Of a stretch of DNA of 64,000 nucleotides, positions 21,277 to 31,683 are shown piece after piece. The DNA is from Pelagomonas calceolata (lineage: Eukaryota). Location: NCBI GenBank assembly GCA_918797485.1, contig CAKKNE010000006.1, positions 3,286,001-3,350,000 of the forward strand. The letters run 5' to 3'. Within the stretch, counting starts at the first letter, position 1. Each line of letters opens with the position of its first letter. A program made the translations under genes and the position numbers. The notes under the pieces are model-generated. The model made no database searches and was not told the origin of the DNA. It saw nothing but the letters and a program-made list of their open reading frames with translations.

Positions 21277-23418
21277 ATGCGGGCCCTCCTCGCGATACTA
21301 GTGCTGCTCCGCGCCGGCACGCAGGCCCGCATGGCCACGCCGTGTCGCGCCGGCACGGACCACTGCAAAATCGTGAACACGCAGAAGAGCATCCGGGCCG
21401 CCGCGGACCGCGCGCGGAAAAGTGCGGCGGAGGCGAAGGACGCCGTGCGCATGAGCCGCGCCACGTCGGTAGCGAGAGAAGCCGCCGTCCGCGCGCTGAC
21501 GAACCTCGTCAATACGCCGCGGCACGTCGAGGCCGCGCAAGCGTCGCTGGCGAAGACGAAGGCGTCGGCTGCTCGCGTCGAAAGGCTGGCACCGTCGATC
21601 CAACGGGATAATCTGGTCGATCTGGCGCTAGCCGCCGTAAACGCGGCAGACGAGGCGACGCAGGCGCAGGTCGCCGCGGCGGCGGCGCGCGCGGCGGCTC
21701 GGGCGTCGGAAGGAGCGCAAAAATCGGATGCACAACGGGCCTGGGGGTCCGGCGACGTGCGATTGATCGAACGGATGGCTAGAGCGGCCGAGGACGCGTT
21801 GGCGGTCGTCGAAGAGACCGAGCGCAAACACCGCCACGAGACGGCCGTCGACGAAGCGTTGGAAGCCTCAGAACTTGTGGAGAGGCAGTCGCGACGGGCG
21901 CACCGCGCCGCGTACGAGGCGCGGATGACGGCTAAGCACATCGCGTTCGGCGCCGACGACGCGCGCGGCCGCATGAGCGCCGCCGCCGACTCCGCGATGA
22001 CCCACGCCGTTGAAGCTGCCGCTGCGGCTCGGGAGGCCAAACCGTTGGGGGCCGAAGCGTCTCGCCTGGCCAAGGAGGCGATCGCGAGAACGGGCATCTG
22101 TTCTTCATCAGAACGGAACGTCTCTTCAGTTGCAGGGACCTGCTCGGCACAAAGGCCTAGACCGCAGGGCGTCGAGGTCGAGAAGTGCGACGAGGACAAG
22201 GGTACGTGTTACCCGGACTGGAACGAACTTGGTTTCTATGCGAAGCGGTTCAAGGCCCAGACGCTGATCTCGAAGGGTGTCCGGCTGTCGCATCTGAATA
22301 TTGATCATTTGGCGGCCTTCAATCCGTCATTGGTGGAATTGCCGGGTCGACTCCGGAAGGAAATTCGACGGCAATATCCACAAGCCTACTACGTGGCTTC
22401 CGTCAGACATAGCTGGGGCCAGTGCCAGCGGTTCAAGTCGTTGTACAAGCTGGCGCCCTACGTCATTTATGGGAAATACAAGTCGACGGCCGAGGTGCCG
22501 GGCCGGCACTCGTCCGTGGTGTTGTTAGATAGGAACTTCTGCGTGCTCGAGATAGCACAGCAGGACTTCGTGGAGGAGCTCGAACGGCCCAATTCCGTCG
22601 GATGGCTCGCGGAGGACGTTAAATTGTTAGAACACAACGGCCGGCTCCTCGCGACGCTCGTGATGTCGTCAGAGAGTGGCAAGTACTTCCAGGCGGGCTT
22701 CGAGCAGCGGTTTGGTGTTTTTGAGTTAATCCTAGAAATACGAGATGAAAAGCTGCACGCCTGGTACGCGCCGCCGTCGCACGAGGTGTTTCCGAGTCTC
22801 TCAAACTACTCCACAGCCTCGCAGATACGGAACCTGGGGTTGTTGGTTTTGGATGGGAGACTACAATTCTTGACGTTCCTGGGACTGCAGGCCGAATTGC
22901 AACCTACTTTACTACCTTTATCCGATTTACCGTCCACCTTACCACTCTTAGGACATTTCGGCAAGTGGCTGCACAACAACGTCAATCCCTTGGTGATTGA
23001 GGAAAGAGGCATGTTCCTCGTCGTGGGCCACGAGCACGAGCACGCCATGAAGGACAAAATTTTCCAGACGACGTCGTGGCATACCTATCTCCATTACTTT
23101 ATGTTATTCAATACGACGGCGCCCTACAACCTGTTGTCGCGGTCCCCTGCGTTTTGTTTTTCTGACCAGAAAGGTGGGAAGTGCGACCTGATCCAGTTCG
23201 TGTCTTCATTAACTTGGGCGTCGCCACAACGCGATTCGGTCGTGGTCAGTTATGGCGTCAACGACTGCGAGGCGTCCTTCGCGTCCATTCCCCTGCGGAC
23301 GATCCTGGAGTTCACGATCGGCTGCGGGTTGGACTGGCGGTTGGAGGCCGCGCAGAACTACGCGTCGCATTCATTTCAATTGCAGGCTCAAGTGGCTCTA
23401 GGAGAGAACGCCATCTAA
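21277..23418 (+). CDS. Secreted protein with Ala-rich coiled coil and C-terminal beta-propeller glycosidase/mannosyltransferase-like domain
   Basis: Signal peptide; 'AEDVKL', 'YLHYFMLF...PYNLLSRSPAFCF', 'IQFVSSL', 'VVVSYGVNDCE' resemble GH130/GT91-like propellers. Confidence 0.5.
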   Translation: MRALLAILVLLRAGTQARMATPCRAGTDHCKIVNTQKSIRAAADRARKSAAEAKDAVRMSRATSVAREAAVRALTNLVNTPRHVEAAQASLAKTKASAARVERLAPSIQRDNLVDLALAAVNAADEATQAQVAAAAARAAARASEGAQKSDAQRAWGSGDVRLIERMARAAEDALAVVEETERKHRHETAVDEALEASELVERQSRRAHRAAYEARMTAKHIAFGADDARGRMSAAADSAMTHAVEAAAAAREAKPLGAEASRLAKEAIARTGICSSSERNVSSVAGTCSAQRPRPQGVEVEKCDEDKGTCYPDWNELGFYAKRFKAQTLISKGVRLSHLNIDHLAAFNPSLVELPGRLRKEIRRQYPQAYYVASVRHSWGQCQRFKSLYKLAPYVIYGKYKSTAEVPGRHSSVVLLDRNFCVLEIAQQDFVEELERPNSVGWLAEDVKLLEHNGRLLATLVMSSESGKYFQAGFEQRFGVFELILEIRDEKLHAWYAPPSHEVFPSLSNYSTASQIRNLGLLVLDGRLQFLTFLGLQAELQPTLLPLSDLPSTLPLLGHFGKWLHNNVNPLVIEERGMFLVVGHEHEHAMKDKIFQTTSWHTYLHYFMLFNTTAPYNLLSRSPAFCFSDQKGGKCDLIQFVSSLTWASPQRDSVVVSYGVNDCEASFASIPLRTILEFTIGCGLDWRLEAAQNYASHSFQLQAQVALGENAI

Positions 23419-23424
23419 CAACAA

Positions 23425-24501
23425 CTATTCTTTAGTTTCGTACTCCTCCTCGAAGGCGAGGAGGTCGTCGAAGCCGACGACTCGTTTGACCTCGTCGAAG
23501 GGCGCGAGGTTTGGTGCCGTTCCGGTCTCAACGAGGCTGGTCGCCGCTTTTTGAAGGGTCGCGATGTAGGCCTGGAGCGCCGTCACGCCGACTAGCGATA
23601 AGTCAAATCCCAAACTCGCGACGTCGGCCGGCGAGAGCATGCCGTCGTGCTGGAGCTGCGCGAGCATGAGATGGCTACTCGAGATTTCGTCGCGGAGCTT
23701 CGCGTATTCGTCCTTGCCTTGGAGGTTCTCCGCTGTGTTTATGCGACTGGTGACGCCATCGACGCGACGTCGGGCGTGATGGCCGAGCAAATGTGAAGGT
23801 ATTCGCACGCTGCAAACGCGCCATAAACGATGTCCGCCCCGAGGGCTTCGAAGGCCGCGCACCGCGCGATGGCCTCGTCGAGGCCCAGCGCCGCCCTGCA
23901 ATCGGTACGCGCGATCACGAGCACATCGTTTCCGGCGTCTCGCGACTCGTCTCGCGCTCGTAGCGCCGCCCGCACGCGTGCGACGGCCGCCTCGCGGTCG
24001 ACTACCCTGACGCCAGTGCCTGCCGCAAATGTGCACCGCTTCGGGAAGGCCTGATCCTCGATGCTGACCGCGGCGGCGCCGGCCTGGGCGAAGCCGCGGA
24101 TCGTCCGCCGGAGGTTCGACGCGCCGCCGAAGCCCGTGTCGCCGTCGACAATGAGCGGCACGCCGCCGGCCGCCCGGACGCACTGCCGCGCGACGTCCTC
24201 CATCTCAACTCGTGTGATGATGCCAGCGTCAGGCTCGCCCCTGCAGGCACTTGCTCCAAATCCCGACAAGAACAGCACCTGCGTGGTTGCAGCGCTGGTG
24301 CTGTCGGTGGGCTTCGCACGGCATCGATTGGACACTGCGCGGGACTTGGGCGCCAGCCTCGGCGAAGACTTTCGTCGACAGCGCGTCGTGGACGCCCGGG
24401 CACACGACGGCTCCGGGCGCTCGCAGCACGGAGCGCAGCTTACCAGCAGCGCTGATTGCGCTGCACTGCGCGGCTGCAGCGGCTGCAAGGAGCAGCCGCA
24501 T
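23425..24501 (-). CDS. Isocitrate lyase/PEP mutase family enzyme (methylisocitrate lyase-like); complement(join(23425..23732,23822..24278,24346..24501))
   Basis: 'PGVHDALS', 'LFLSGFG', 'IVDGDTGFGG', 'IEDQAFPKRC', 'IARTD'; two introns (GT-AG 24345->24279, GC-AG 23821->23733) restore the frame. Confidence 0.85.
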
Positions 24502-24684
24502 GGCCTGCTGCATTGAGTGTGCAGGGCTACTCGTAGAAAAAACGGGCCCTGCAATGGATGCTGCACTACTCGTAGAGCCTCCGAACTCAATGTGTGTCCA
24601 CTCTTAGGGCCACTGAGCTGAGCTTTGCAATCGCCTCGCAAGCTAGCTAGCGCCTGTAAGGCACTAGCATTCCAGCGGGAAGCC

Positions 24685-24730
24685 GGGGAAGGGTACGGGG
24701 GACCCCGCGACGTAACTAGCCTGAGCCTGA
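24685..24730 (+). repeat. Dispersed repeat B copy
   Basis: ggggaagggtacgggggaccccgcgacgtaactagcctgagcctga. Confidence 0.8.
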
Positions 24731-24954
24731 CATCTAGACAAGGTCCCGGCCGCGCCAGGCGACGCGCGCCCGCCCCACGCCATCGACGCGGGGACTCGAG
24801 TGCTACGCTAGAGCAGCAATGCGCGCCCCCGAGTACGCCGTCGACGCGGAGTGCTCCTAGCTTATCCCAATCGCACCGGCTTTACGCAACTACTACACCA
24901 ACCAGAACGTGTCAATGGACCGCCGGAAGGCGCCGATGCTCTTTCTGTCCACGT

Positions 24955-25491
24955 CTATTGGAAGTGCGTCGACGGCCGGCTCGCCGCGAACGTGCTCTTG
25001 AACTTCTTCTCGGGCGCGCGCACGATGCGGTGCGGCAGCGGGAATTTGATGTCGTCCTTGGCGTACTGGATCGTCGCCGGGCGCTTCAGGTCCGCTTTGT
25101 TCTCCACGACGCCCGTTCTAATAATCTGAATCGACCGCGGCCGCGCGCGGTGGCGGCCGGCCATCTCCGAGTAGAGCTGGTCGACGGCGCCCGTGAGTTT
25201 CGTCGCGCGGTACTCGCGGTACATGTTGTGCGTGCCGCTTCTGCTGTTGTAGCGGAGCATGACGTAGTACGTCTTGACGACGCGGTCGTTCTTCTCTCTG
25301 ATTTCGTTGACATCCAACACCTCGCCCGTCGTCTTCTTCATCTTGCGGTACTGGTGCATGTAGTACCAGAAGCGGGACCTTGCCAAAACTTCGTTCGGCG
25401 CGAACAGCTTCATGCGGTAGACCGGCGGGTCCGGCTCGGCCGCCGTCGGCGCCTTGCGGCCGATGACCTGGTAGAGCTTGAAGCCCGGCAT
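24955..25491 (-). CDS. RPL18A: 60S ribosomal protein L18a (eL20)
   Basis: 'YQVIGRK...VYRMKLFAPNEVLARSRFWY...YNSRSGTHNMYREYR...EMAGRHRAR...IKFPLPHR'. Confidence 0.97.
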   Translation of the reverse strand: MPGFKLYQVIGRKAPTAAEPDPPVYRMKLFAPNEVLARSRFWYYMHQYRKMKKTTGEVLDVNEIREKNDRVVKTYYVMLRYNSRSGTHNMYREYRATKLTGAVDQLYSEMAGRHRARPRSIQIIRTGVVENKADLKRPATIQYAKDDIKFPLPHRIVRAPEKKFKSTFAASRPSTHFQ

Positions 25492-26201
25492 CCTTACCGA
25501 GCGCCTCGCGGCTTTCGGTGTCTTAAAAGCTTATTTATATACCGGCGGTCCCGTTGCGAGATAACCTGTGGAGACCGACGCGGGTGAGGGCTTTGATTGG
25601 CGAGTGGCGAGCGCGCGGTCGCGGCGGTACGGTGGTGGGCGCGGCCGAGACGACGTCGGAGAGCGTCCCCGGTGTTTCACCCTCTCAGAGCGGCGACGCG
25701 CCGCGTTTCGGGCGGCAGCGTGCCCCGCGGGCGTCGAGCAGTCCTGCTGCGCGGCGATCGCCGGTGGCGCTCGCTCGCCGCAGGGCTAAACTCGAACTCG
25801 CTGGTAAGCGATTTGGTTAATCTCGGACGTACCGCCGCGAGGCCAGCGCAGTCTTCTCTCACGCGTAGTAGATGGGTCGTAGAATGTATAGCACGCGGCT
25901 GCTGACCGGTTGTCGGCTAGGCGACGGTCTCCAGGCCCGATAATTATCGAGCTCGCCTACCAAGCCCAGCGCTCGCTGGTTCGGGTTCTTGAATCGTTTT
26001 GGCTCTAGAACGAGCTAAGATTTGTCCTAAGAGCAAGCTGGAGGCCTCTTCAATGGCCTGGACACTTCAGCGGGCGATCTGAAATACCCGCACGCTGGAT
26101 TTTCGACTTTCGCAGTACTTTCGCGCTGTGCCGGCAGCCCTGCAGGCAATTACGGCAGCGAAATTGCGTATCGGGACATCGCGCAAGCACGCTGCCCAGC
26201 C

Positions 26202-27545
26202 ATGCGCCTCCTCGCCCTCTTCACACTCTGCTATGCAGCCAAGAAGCCAGACCCAGCCTCGAAACGCCTAGTGATCATCAGCGGCCCGCGGACCGGCTCG
26301 TCGCTACTCATCCAGATGCTGCGCGCCCACGACCAGGTCCTCATGCACGGCGAGCCCTTCCACGAGTTCGACGTGAGACAATCGCGCAAGGACGGCTTCG
26401 ACGGTGGCGTGGTCATCGAGGACTCCGTCTATAATGAAAGGCACAGCGACCCCCAGAAATTGCTCGAGGCCATCACGGCGACGGCCACGAAGGAGCTAGT
26501 GGGCTTCAAGCTCTTCCGGAAGCACGTGCCTTCGCATAAACTAGGTGAGGTGCTGCAGTGGGCCACCCATGTCATCTGGCTGACGAGGGAAGATAGGCTC
26601 GCCCAATATGTCTCAATCTGTCTGGCGCTGAAGTCGGGAAGTTGGGTGCAGTTCGAGGACGCCAAGGATACGAAAAGTGAATTGCGGGTCCGTGGGGCGG
26701 CTCTGAGGCACGCTCGTAAAATAGGCTCCGTCGTACTCTCGGACGAGTACTTTAGGCTGTGGCAGGGCGCCCAGGCGGAGTTCGCGGCTTATGCGGATGG
26801 CATCACGACTTTGCTGGGAGTGGAGAACAAGGCCCCCCAAATACTGAGGTTGTCCTACGAAGCTGATCTCTGCCACTCTACGCTAAGAAATGACACGGCG
26901 CAGCGCATCCAGGCCTTCCTTGGATTGGCTCCACCGTCACGGAACATGAGACTACCTCTAAGACAGGGCCGCGACGACCTTGCAATGCGAGTGAGCAACT
27001 GGGACGACGAGTTCGTGATCGACGCGCGGCGGCAATTCGACGACAAAAGATGTCGGATCGAAGGGCGACGGAAACGCAAGTCCTATTCTGTGAACGCCCC
27101 GGTGACGAAGATCGACGGTGTCCTGGGGGCCGCGAACGCTTTATTGAGGGGCGGCGCGACGGAGTCCTTCGTGGCCCGGTTGGAGCGGCGCGAGAAAGAA
27201 ATGGCGGCGCGCAAGGAGTTCGAGGCGAAGGAGCGTTTGAGGGCTAAAGAAGTGTGGGAGCGCGATAGGCAGCGCTTGGCGCGGCGCCAAGAAGAGGCCG
27301 CGGCGCGCGAGGCCAAGGCGGAGAAACGCGCGGCGCACCTGGGCCGCGACGGCGCCGCGCGTTTGGAGAGGATGATGGCCTTCCGGCGCGCGAAGGGCCT
27401 CGGCGGCTCGTCTCGCGTTCCTCCTCCTCGCCGGCGAGAAGAGCCCCGGCGGCTCCAGGAGCGGGAGCGGGATTTGGACGAGGAGAGGAACGTGTGCATC
27501 GAGGGGCGGGAGGTGCTCGCGGGCATGACGCGGGGCGTCGGGTAG
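26202..27545 (+). CDS. Stf0-like sulfotransferase with C-terminal coiled coil
   Basis: 'ISGPRTGSSLL', 'HGEPF', 'VGFKLF', 'VIWLTREDRLAQYVS', 'LSYEAD'. Confidence 0.75.
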   Translation: MRLLALFTLCYAAKKPDPASKRLVIISGPRTGSSLLIQMLRAHDQVLMHGEPFHEFDVRQSRKDGFDGGVVIEDSVYNERHSDPQKLLEAITATATKELVGFKLFRKHVPSHKLGEVLQWATHVIWLTREDRLAQYVSICLALKSGSWVQFEDAKDTKSELRVRGAALRHARKIGSVVLSDEYFRLWQGAQAEFAAYADGITTLLGVENKAPQILRLSYEADLCHSTLRNDTAQRIQAFLGLAPPSRNMRLPLRQGRDDLAMRVSNWDDEFVIDARRQFDDKRCRIEGRRKRKSYSVNAPVTKIDGVLGAANALLRGGATESFVARLERREKEMAARKEFEAKERLRAKEVWERDRQRLARRQEEAAAREAKAEKRAAHLGRDGAARLERMMAFRRAKGLGGSSRVPPPRRREEPRRLQERERDLDEERNVCIEGREVLAGMTRGVG

Positions 27546-27910
27546 GGTCAATGTGTGTAAGTTGTTGAAGGCGTTCGCGTCGATGGCGTACGGGGGGAGC
27601 CAGCAGATGTGCCGGCGGCGGAGTCGAGGGGTCGTAAACTTGAGCCAGGCGATTCAAGACGACGAGACTGGCCGAGTGTACTGGCTCCTTAGGCCTCGTG
27701 GGGGAGATTATCTCTATTATTGTTACGGTGCTAGGACTAGTGGCGCGGGTCTGGGCTAGTTTAGAGACACACTAGCATTTCACGAAGGTTTGCCTGGCGC
27801 CGCACGGGTCAAGCTGCGGGCTGCCGGGCAGCATCGACAGCACAAGTCCACCACAGCTCGGCTGGCGCCATAGCGGAGCAGCACAGATGCATCGATACGT
27901 GTGAGCCGGG

Positions 27911-30310
27911 ATGATGAGGCGTGCTGCCCCCCTGCTGGCCCTCGTCGCGGCCGCGATGGCGGACGGCAACGCCACGAAACAATGCGAGCCCTTCCGCATC
28001 GTCAGCGACCACAACGGCTTCGGGAACGCGATCTTCGCGTTGTATCGAGCCTTCGCGCAAGCACAGCGGTGCGGGACATCAGTAGAAATCCTCTCCAATA
28101 AAGAGAAGCACGACCGCCTGTCTCGCATCTGCGCGCGCCTTACGTGTGAAGGCGCGACCATCAAGGACCAGGGTTCATTTAGATGGGGCGAGGATCGAGC
28201 TGGTTTATTATCGACTTCCTTGGGGGGCCAGGAGAACGCCTGCCCGCCCGGGTGTGGGCTGCGGGGCGGCAAGCGTATTCATGTTACTCGCATGCCAGTC
28301 GATTCTGCAAAGTTCACGCCCTCCAACAATGGCGCGTGGCTGGCGCCGTTGACATGCGTCGGTGGTGATAATACTGGTAAGTTCACCACAGCAGCACATA
28401 TCCGGTCGATCCGCTTTGATTTTGAAAAATCGCCGAAGGAGGTCCTGACGCGCGCGCGGACCCACCCCGACGACCGGGAGAATGATACGATGTCGTCCTA
28501 CAAAGGGCGCGACGACGGTCACATGTTGTACGACGTGGACGAGTGGCGGTTCCTCGCCAATCATATACGAGACGGTGTGAATAACATCTACATCGCCTCG
28601 GACAACGCGCCGGCGCGCGATGAATTAGCAATGAGGATCGCCGATGGTGGAGGCACGGCGTGCTTCGTTAACAGAGCGTCGGGCCACTCGTCCTGGCATT
28701 ATGGGGAGGAGGCCGACGACCACGCGCTGACGGACTGGTGGCATTTAGCACAAGCCCAGACCATCCACCAGATCGATTTGCGGTGCCGGGGGAGGACGGC
28801 GCATTCCTGCCAGTTCAATCGCAAAAGATGTCCCCGGGGCTCGGTCAAGCGCGGCCGCAACAACGCCGGGTCAAGCCACTGCCGCGGGTCCTCCTTCTCG
28901 CACGCGGCGCACCGGCTCTACGCGGGCACTCGAACGCGCGCCTACACGTGCGTTAATTGTCAGACCTTGTCGTCGGCGGCGCCGGGGGCCAAGGAGTCGC
29001 GTCGCGACGCCGACACGGCGGCGGCGGCGGCGGCGGCAGCACCCGCCGCGGCAATCAAAGGCAACTGCACGTCCGACATCGAACGGAAACTTATTGAACT
29101 CCTCCCCGGCCCGGGCATCCTATCAAGAGGAGAGCTGAGCAAGAAAATCGCGTGGGTCCCCGACGAGCGAAAGTCGTGCGTCGTCGCGCGGAGCTTGCTG
29201 GAGATCCGCGCGACGCTAAACCCGGCGCACGACCTCGTGGAGGCCGTATCCAAAAGCGTGTCCGGGCGACGCACGACGCGGCTCTCGGCGACGACGCGGA
29301 GGCGCTCCCGCAAGGCCCTCGGCGACGTCTTCTTCGAGGCGTTTCTGGACATTGCGTCAGATAGGCTCCTGGCGCTGGACGCCTGCCCCGCATCGACTCC
29401 GACGAAAACGTTGATCTGGTTCGTCACGCGCCGCGACGCCAAAGCTCGGCTCTGCGTCAAATTGGCATTGGCGGCGCTCGAGGCCGAGGCGCGAGGCTGG
29501 GGTTTGGGACTTGTCCATACTGATCCAGAAGCCGCCGCGGCCGTCGTCGACGCCCTGCCGGAGCGCTGCCGCGGCCGCGTCGCCCTCAAATCGGCCAAAG
29601 GGCTTGCTGACGTGATCCTAATGAAGCAGAAATGGGGCGACGATAATCCCCAATTTACGAGGTGGGACCTGTCCTGCCTCCAGGCGTCTTCGGTCTACTA
29701 CGAGGGGCTGGACGCGCCCGTTGTGATCGCGGGCGGCGAAGATGTTTTAGTGAGACGCCCGATCACGGACGACGAACTGGCCTACACGATGCTCGGGGCG
29801 CCGTGGCGGCGGACGCAGATTAGGTTCGGGGGCAACGGGGGCTTCGCCGTGCGCGACCCGGCTTTTGTCAGGGCCGAAGGCCGTGTGGAAATCAACCAGT
29901 GCGTCGGGTGCACGAACCGGCATCGCCACGCCATCGAGAAGGCGTCGCGTCGATGGCGTGGAGGTCGACGCGAAGATTCAGCAGAACGTTCCGCACAGGC
30001 CGAAGGGATTACGATCGACCCGCGCGAGAATTTGGACGCGTGGGCGAACGCCTGCCGGAAGATGGGTAAAAGGGCCGACGACGTCCACCTCTCATATAAG
30101 CTCGGACTGCTCTATGATCGAGGGAACCTAGGCGCGTTCAAGCCCGCGTCGCGGGAAGTTTTGTTGAACTTCGCCGCGGAGATGGTCGAGAGCCCGGGCG
30201 ACCCCGCGGCGCTCCACGCGGCCTGGCGCCATCTATCGATAGACTACGTCGTCCGGCAGTTCGAGAAGGTTGTTAGTGTCGTCCGCGACTTCGAAGCGCC
30301 TGCGGCCTAA
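27911..30310 (+). CDS. Fucosyltransferase-like (NodZ/GT23-type) plus DUF5672-like two-domain protein; join(27911..29872,29999..30310) if spliced
   Basis: 'NGFGNAI', 'AAHIRS', 'IYIASDN', 'DWWHLAQA'; then 'LGAPW...GGNGGFAVRD'. Confidence 0.6.
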   Translation: MMRRAAPLLALVAAAMADGNATKQCEPFRIVSDHNGFGNAIFALYRAFAQAQRCGTSVEILSNKEKHDRLSRICARLTCEGATIKDQGSFRWGEDRAGLLSTSLGGQENACPPGCGLRGGKRIHVTRMPVDSAKFTPSNNGAWLAPLTCVGGDNTGKFTTAAHIRSIRFDFEKSPKEVLTRARTHPDDRENDTMSSYKGRDDGHMLYDVDEWRFLANHIRDGVNNIYIASDNAPARDELAMRIADGGGTACFVNRASGHSSWHYGEEADDHALTDWWHLAQAQTIHQIDLRCRGRTAHSCQFNRKRCPRGSVKRGRNNAGSSHCRGSSFSHAAHRLYAGTRTRAYTCVNCQTLSSAAPGAKESRRDADTAAAAAAAAPAAAIKGNCTSDIERKLIELLPGPGILSRGELSKKIAWVPDERKSCVVARSLLEIRATLNPAHDLVEAVSKSVSGRRTTRLSATTRRRSRKALGDVFFEAFLDIASDRLLALDACPASTPTKTLIWFVTRRDAKARLCVKLALAALEAEARGWGLGLVHTDPEAAAAVVDALPERCRGRVALKSAKGLADVILMKQKWGDDNPQFTRWDLSCLQASSVYYEGLDAPVVIAGGEDVLVRRPITDDELAYTMLGAPWRRTQIRFGGNGGFAVRDPAFVRAEGRVEINQCVGCTNRHRHAIEKASRRWRGGRREDSAERSAQAEGITIDPRENLDAWANACRKMGKRADDVHLSYKLGLLYDRGNLGAFKPASREVLLNFAAEMVESPGDPAALHAAWRHLSIDYVVRQFEKVVSVVRDFEAPAA
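29881..29998 (+). mobile_element. Introner element copy 4 (GC-AG intron 29873-29998, 126 nt, stop-free and in frame)
   Basis: Perfect TSD gccgaagg at 29873-29880 and 29999-30006; left TIR ccgtgtggaaatca; right TIR eroded to ttccgcacag. Confidence 0.9.
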
Positions 30311-30468
30311 TGATGTGTGTTTTTTACTACATGGGCACCATGACGCCATCGACGCGACGCATCGACGCCAATGGCTCCTGAAGTCCCCGAGGACGCCGCG
30401 CGAAACACCAGTACTAGGATGCAAGACCCGTTAGAACACACAAAATAAAGGTGCCGGCGCAAGGCCGG

Positions 30469-31683
30469 TCAAGAGAAGGACGAGTCCGACAGCACGGACC
30501 CCAAATCAAACGGCGAGGCCTCGACGTTCTCCGGCGGCTTGTCGACGTGCAGCGCCACGACGGAGTCGGGCGAGACGTGCTTGACCGCCCCGTAGGGGTC
30601 GATCCGCGGCAGATCCGGGGCGCTCGCCGCGGGCCGGGGCGAAGAGGGGGCGCTGCCGGCCTTCGGAGGGGGCGCGAGGCCCGCCTTACGCGCGCGCTCG
30701 AACACCTCGTGCACGGCCGTCGCCTGGAGGCCAGGCACGCACGCCGCCAGGGCCAAACAAGCTTGCGCCGCCGCGCCTCTCTTCGCCAGCTGGGGCGCAT
30801 CTCGAAAGGCGACGCAGGCGATGGACGCCGCGGCGACGCAACGCGCGTCGTCCCTGGGGAAATGCGTTTCCAGTACTCCCGCGAACGCGGCGGCTCTAGA
30901 CTGATCACAGGGCGCCAGCGCGAAGGTGCTCTCCCGGTTGCGAGCCAAGCGGTCGCCGAGGACGGCCACGAATTGGCACGCGCGGCCCGCGTCGTCGTTC
31001 ACCAAACGCTGGCCGCAGGCCTCGACGAGGGCGCTCGTCGCCCGTTGGATGGCCCTGGCGTCGATGTCTACGAGGCAAGCTCGTGAGACGTCATCAGGAT
31101 GCAGCGGGTAGGAGGACGACCGGGCGGCCCAGACAACCAAAGCGCAGGCTTGTGAGGCGCTCGCGCGGCCCGGTTGCGTAACGCCCCGGGCCGCGGACGC
31201 CGCCGCCTTCAACCCTTCACTTGGAGCCGCCTGGTCGTGGAGCAGCGACCTAGCTCGCGCCCTTACGTGGTCCGGGAGCCGCAGTCGATCGCTCAGCGCG
31301 TCCATAGACGATTGCGCCTCGGCCACGCGCCGCCTCCTACGACTTTCGGCGGCTCTTAACTGCTCCAGCGTCGCGCTCGGCCCGGCGTTGCGCCCCCACT
31401 GGGATTGATCTTCAAAACGCTTGCGCTTCCGCTCGGAATCCAGAGCCTCGACGTCGACGTCTCCTTCCACTTCCGCCGTGAAGTGGTAGCTCCGGTGCCG
31501 CGTCACGTCTCCACCGGTATTCTCGAGCCTCGTGCAGGAGTCGTCTACCTCCAATCGGTCCTGGAGCACGGTGCCGCAGGACCGGCAGACCACGTCGCCC
31601 GCCTGTTGGTCGACTATGACGTTGGCGCTTCGACACGCACTGCAGTGCGTGGGGTAGCGGTCCGGGCGGAGGAGCTCGGCCAT
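30469..31683 (-). CDS. Divergent TFIIB/BRF-family factor
   Basis: Zn ribbon 'CSAC...DQQAGDVVCRSCGTVL' followed by a cyclin-like helical region ('RLRLPDHVRARA', 'ACALVVWAAR'). Confidence 0.7.
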   Translation of the reverse strand: MAELLRPDRYPTHCSACRSANVIVDQQAGDVVCRSCGTVLQDRLEVDDSCTRLENTGGDVTRHRSYHFTAEVEGDVDVEALDSERKRKRFEDQSQWGRNAGPSATLEQLRAAESRRRRRVAEAQSSMDALSDRLRLPDHVRARARSLLHDQAAPSEGLKAAASAARGVTQPGRASASQACALVVWAARSSSYPLHPDDVSRACLVDIDARAIQRATSALVEACGQRLVNDDAGRACQFVAVLGDRLARNRESTFALAPCDQSRAAAFAGVLETHFPRDDARCVAAASIACVAFRDAPQLAKRGAAAQACLALAACVPGLQATAVHEVFERARKAGLAPPPKAGSAPSSPRPAASAPDLPRIDPYGAVKHVSPDSVVALHVDKPPENVEASPFDLGSVLSDSSFS

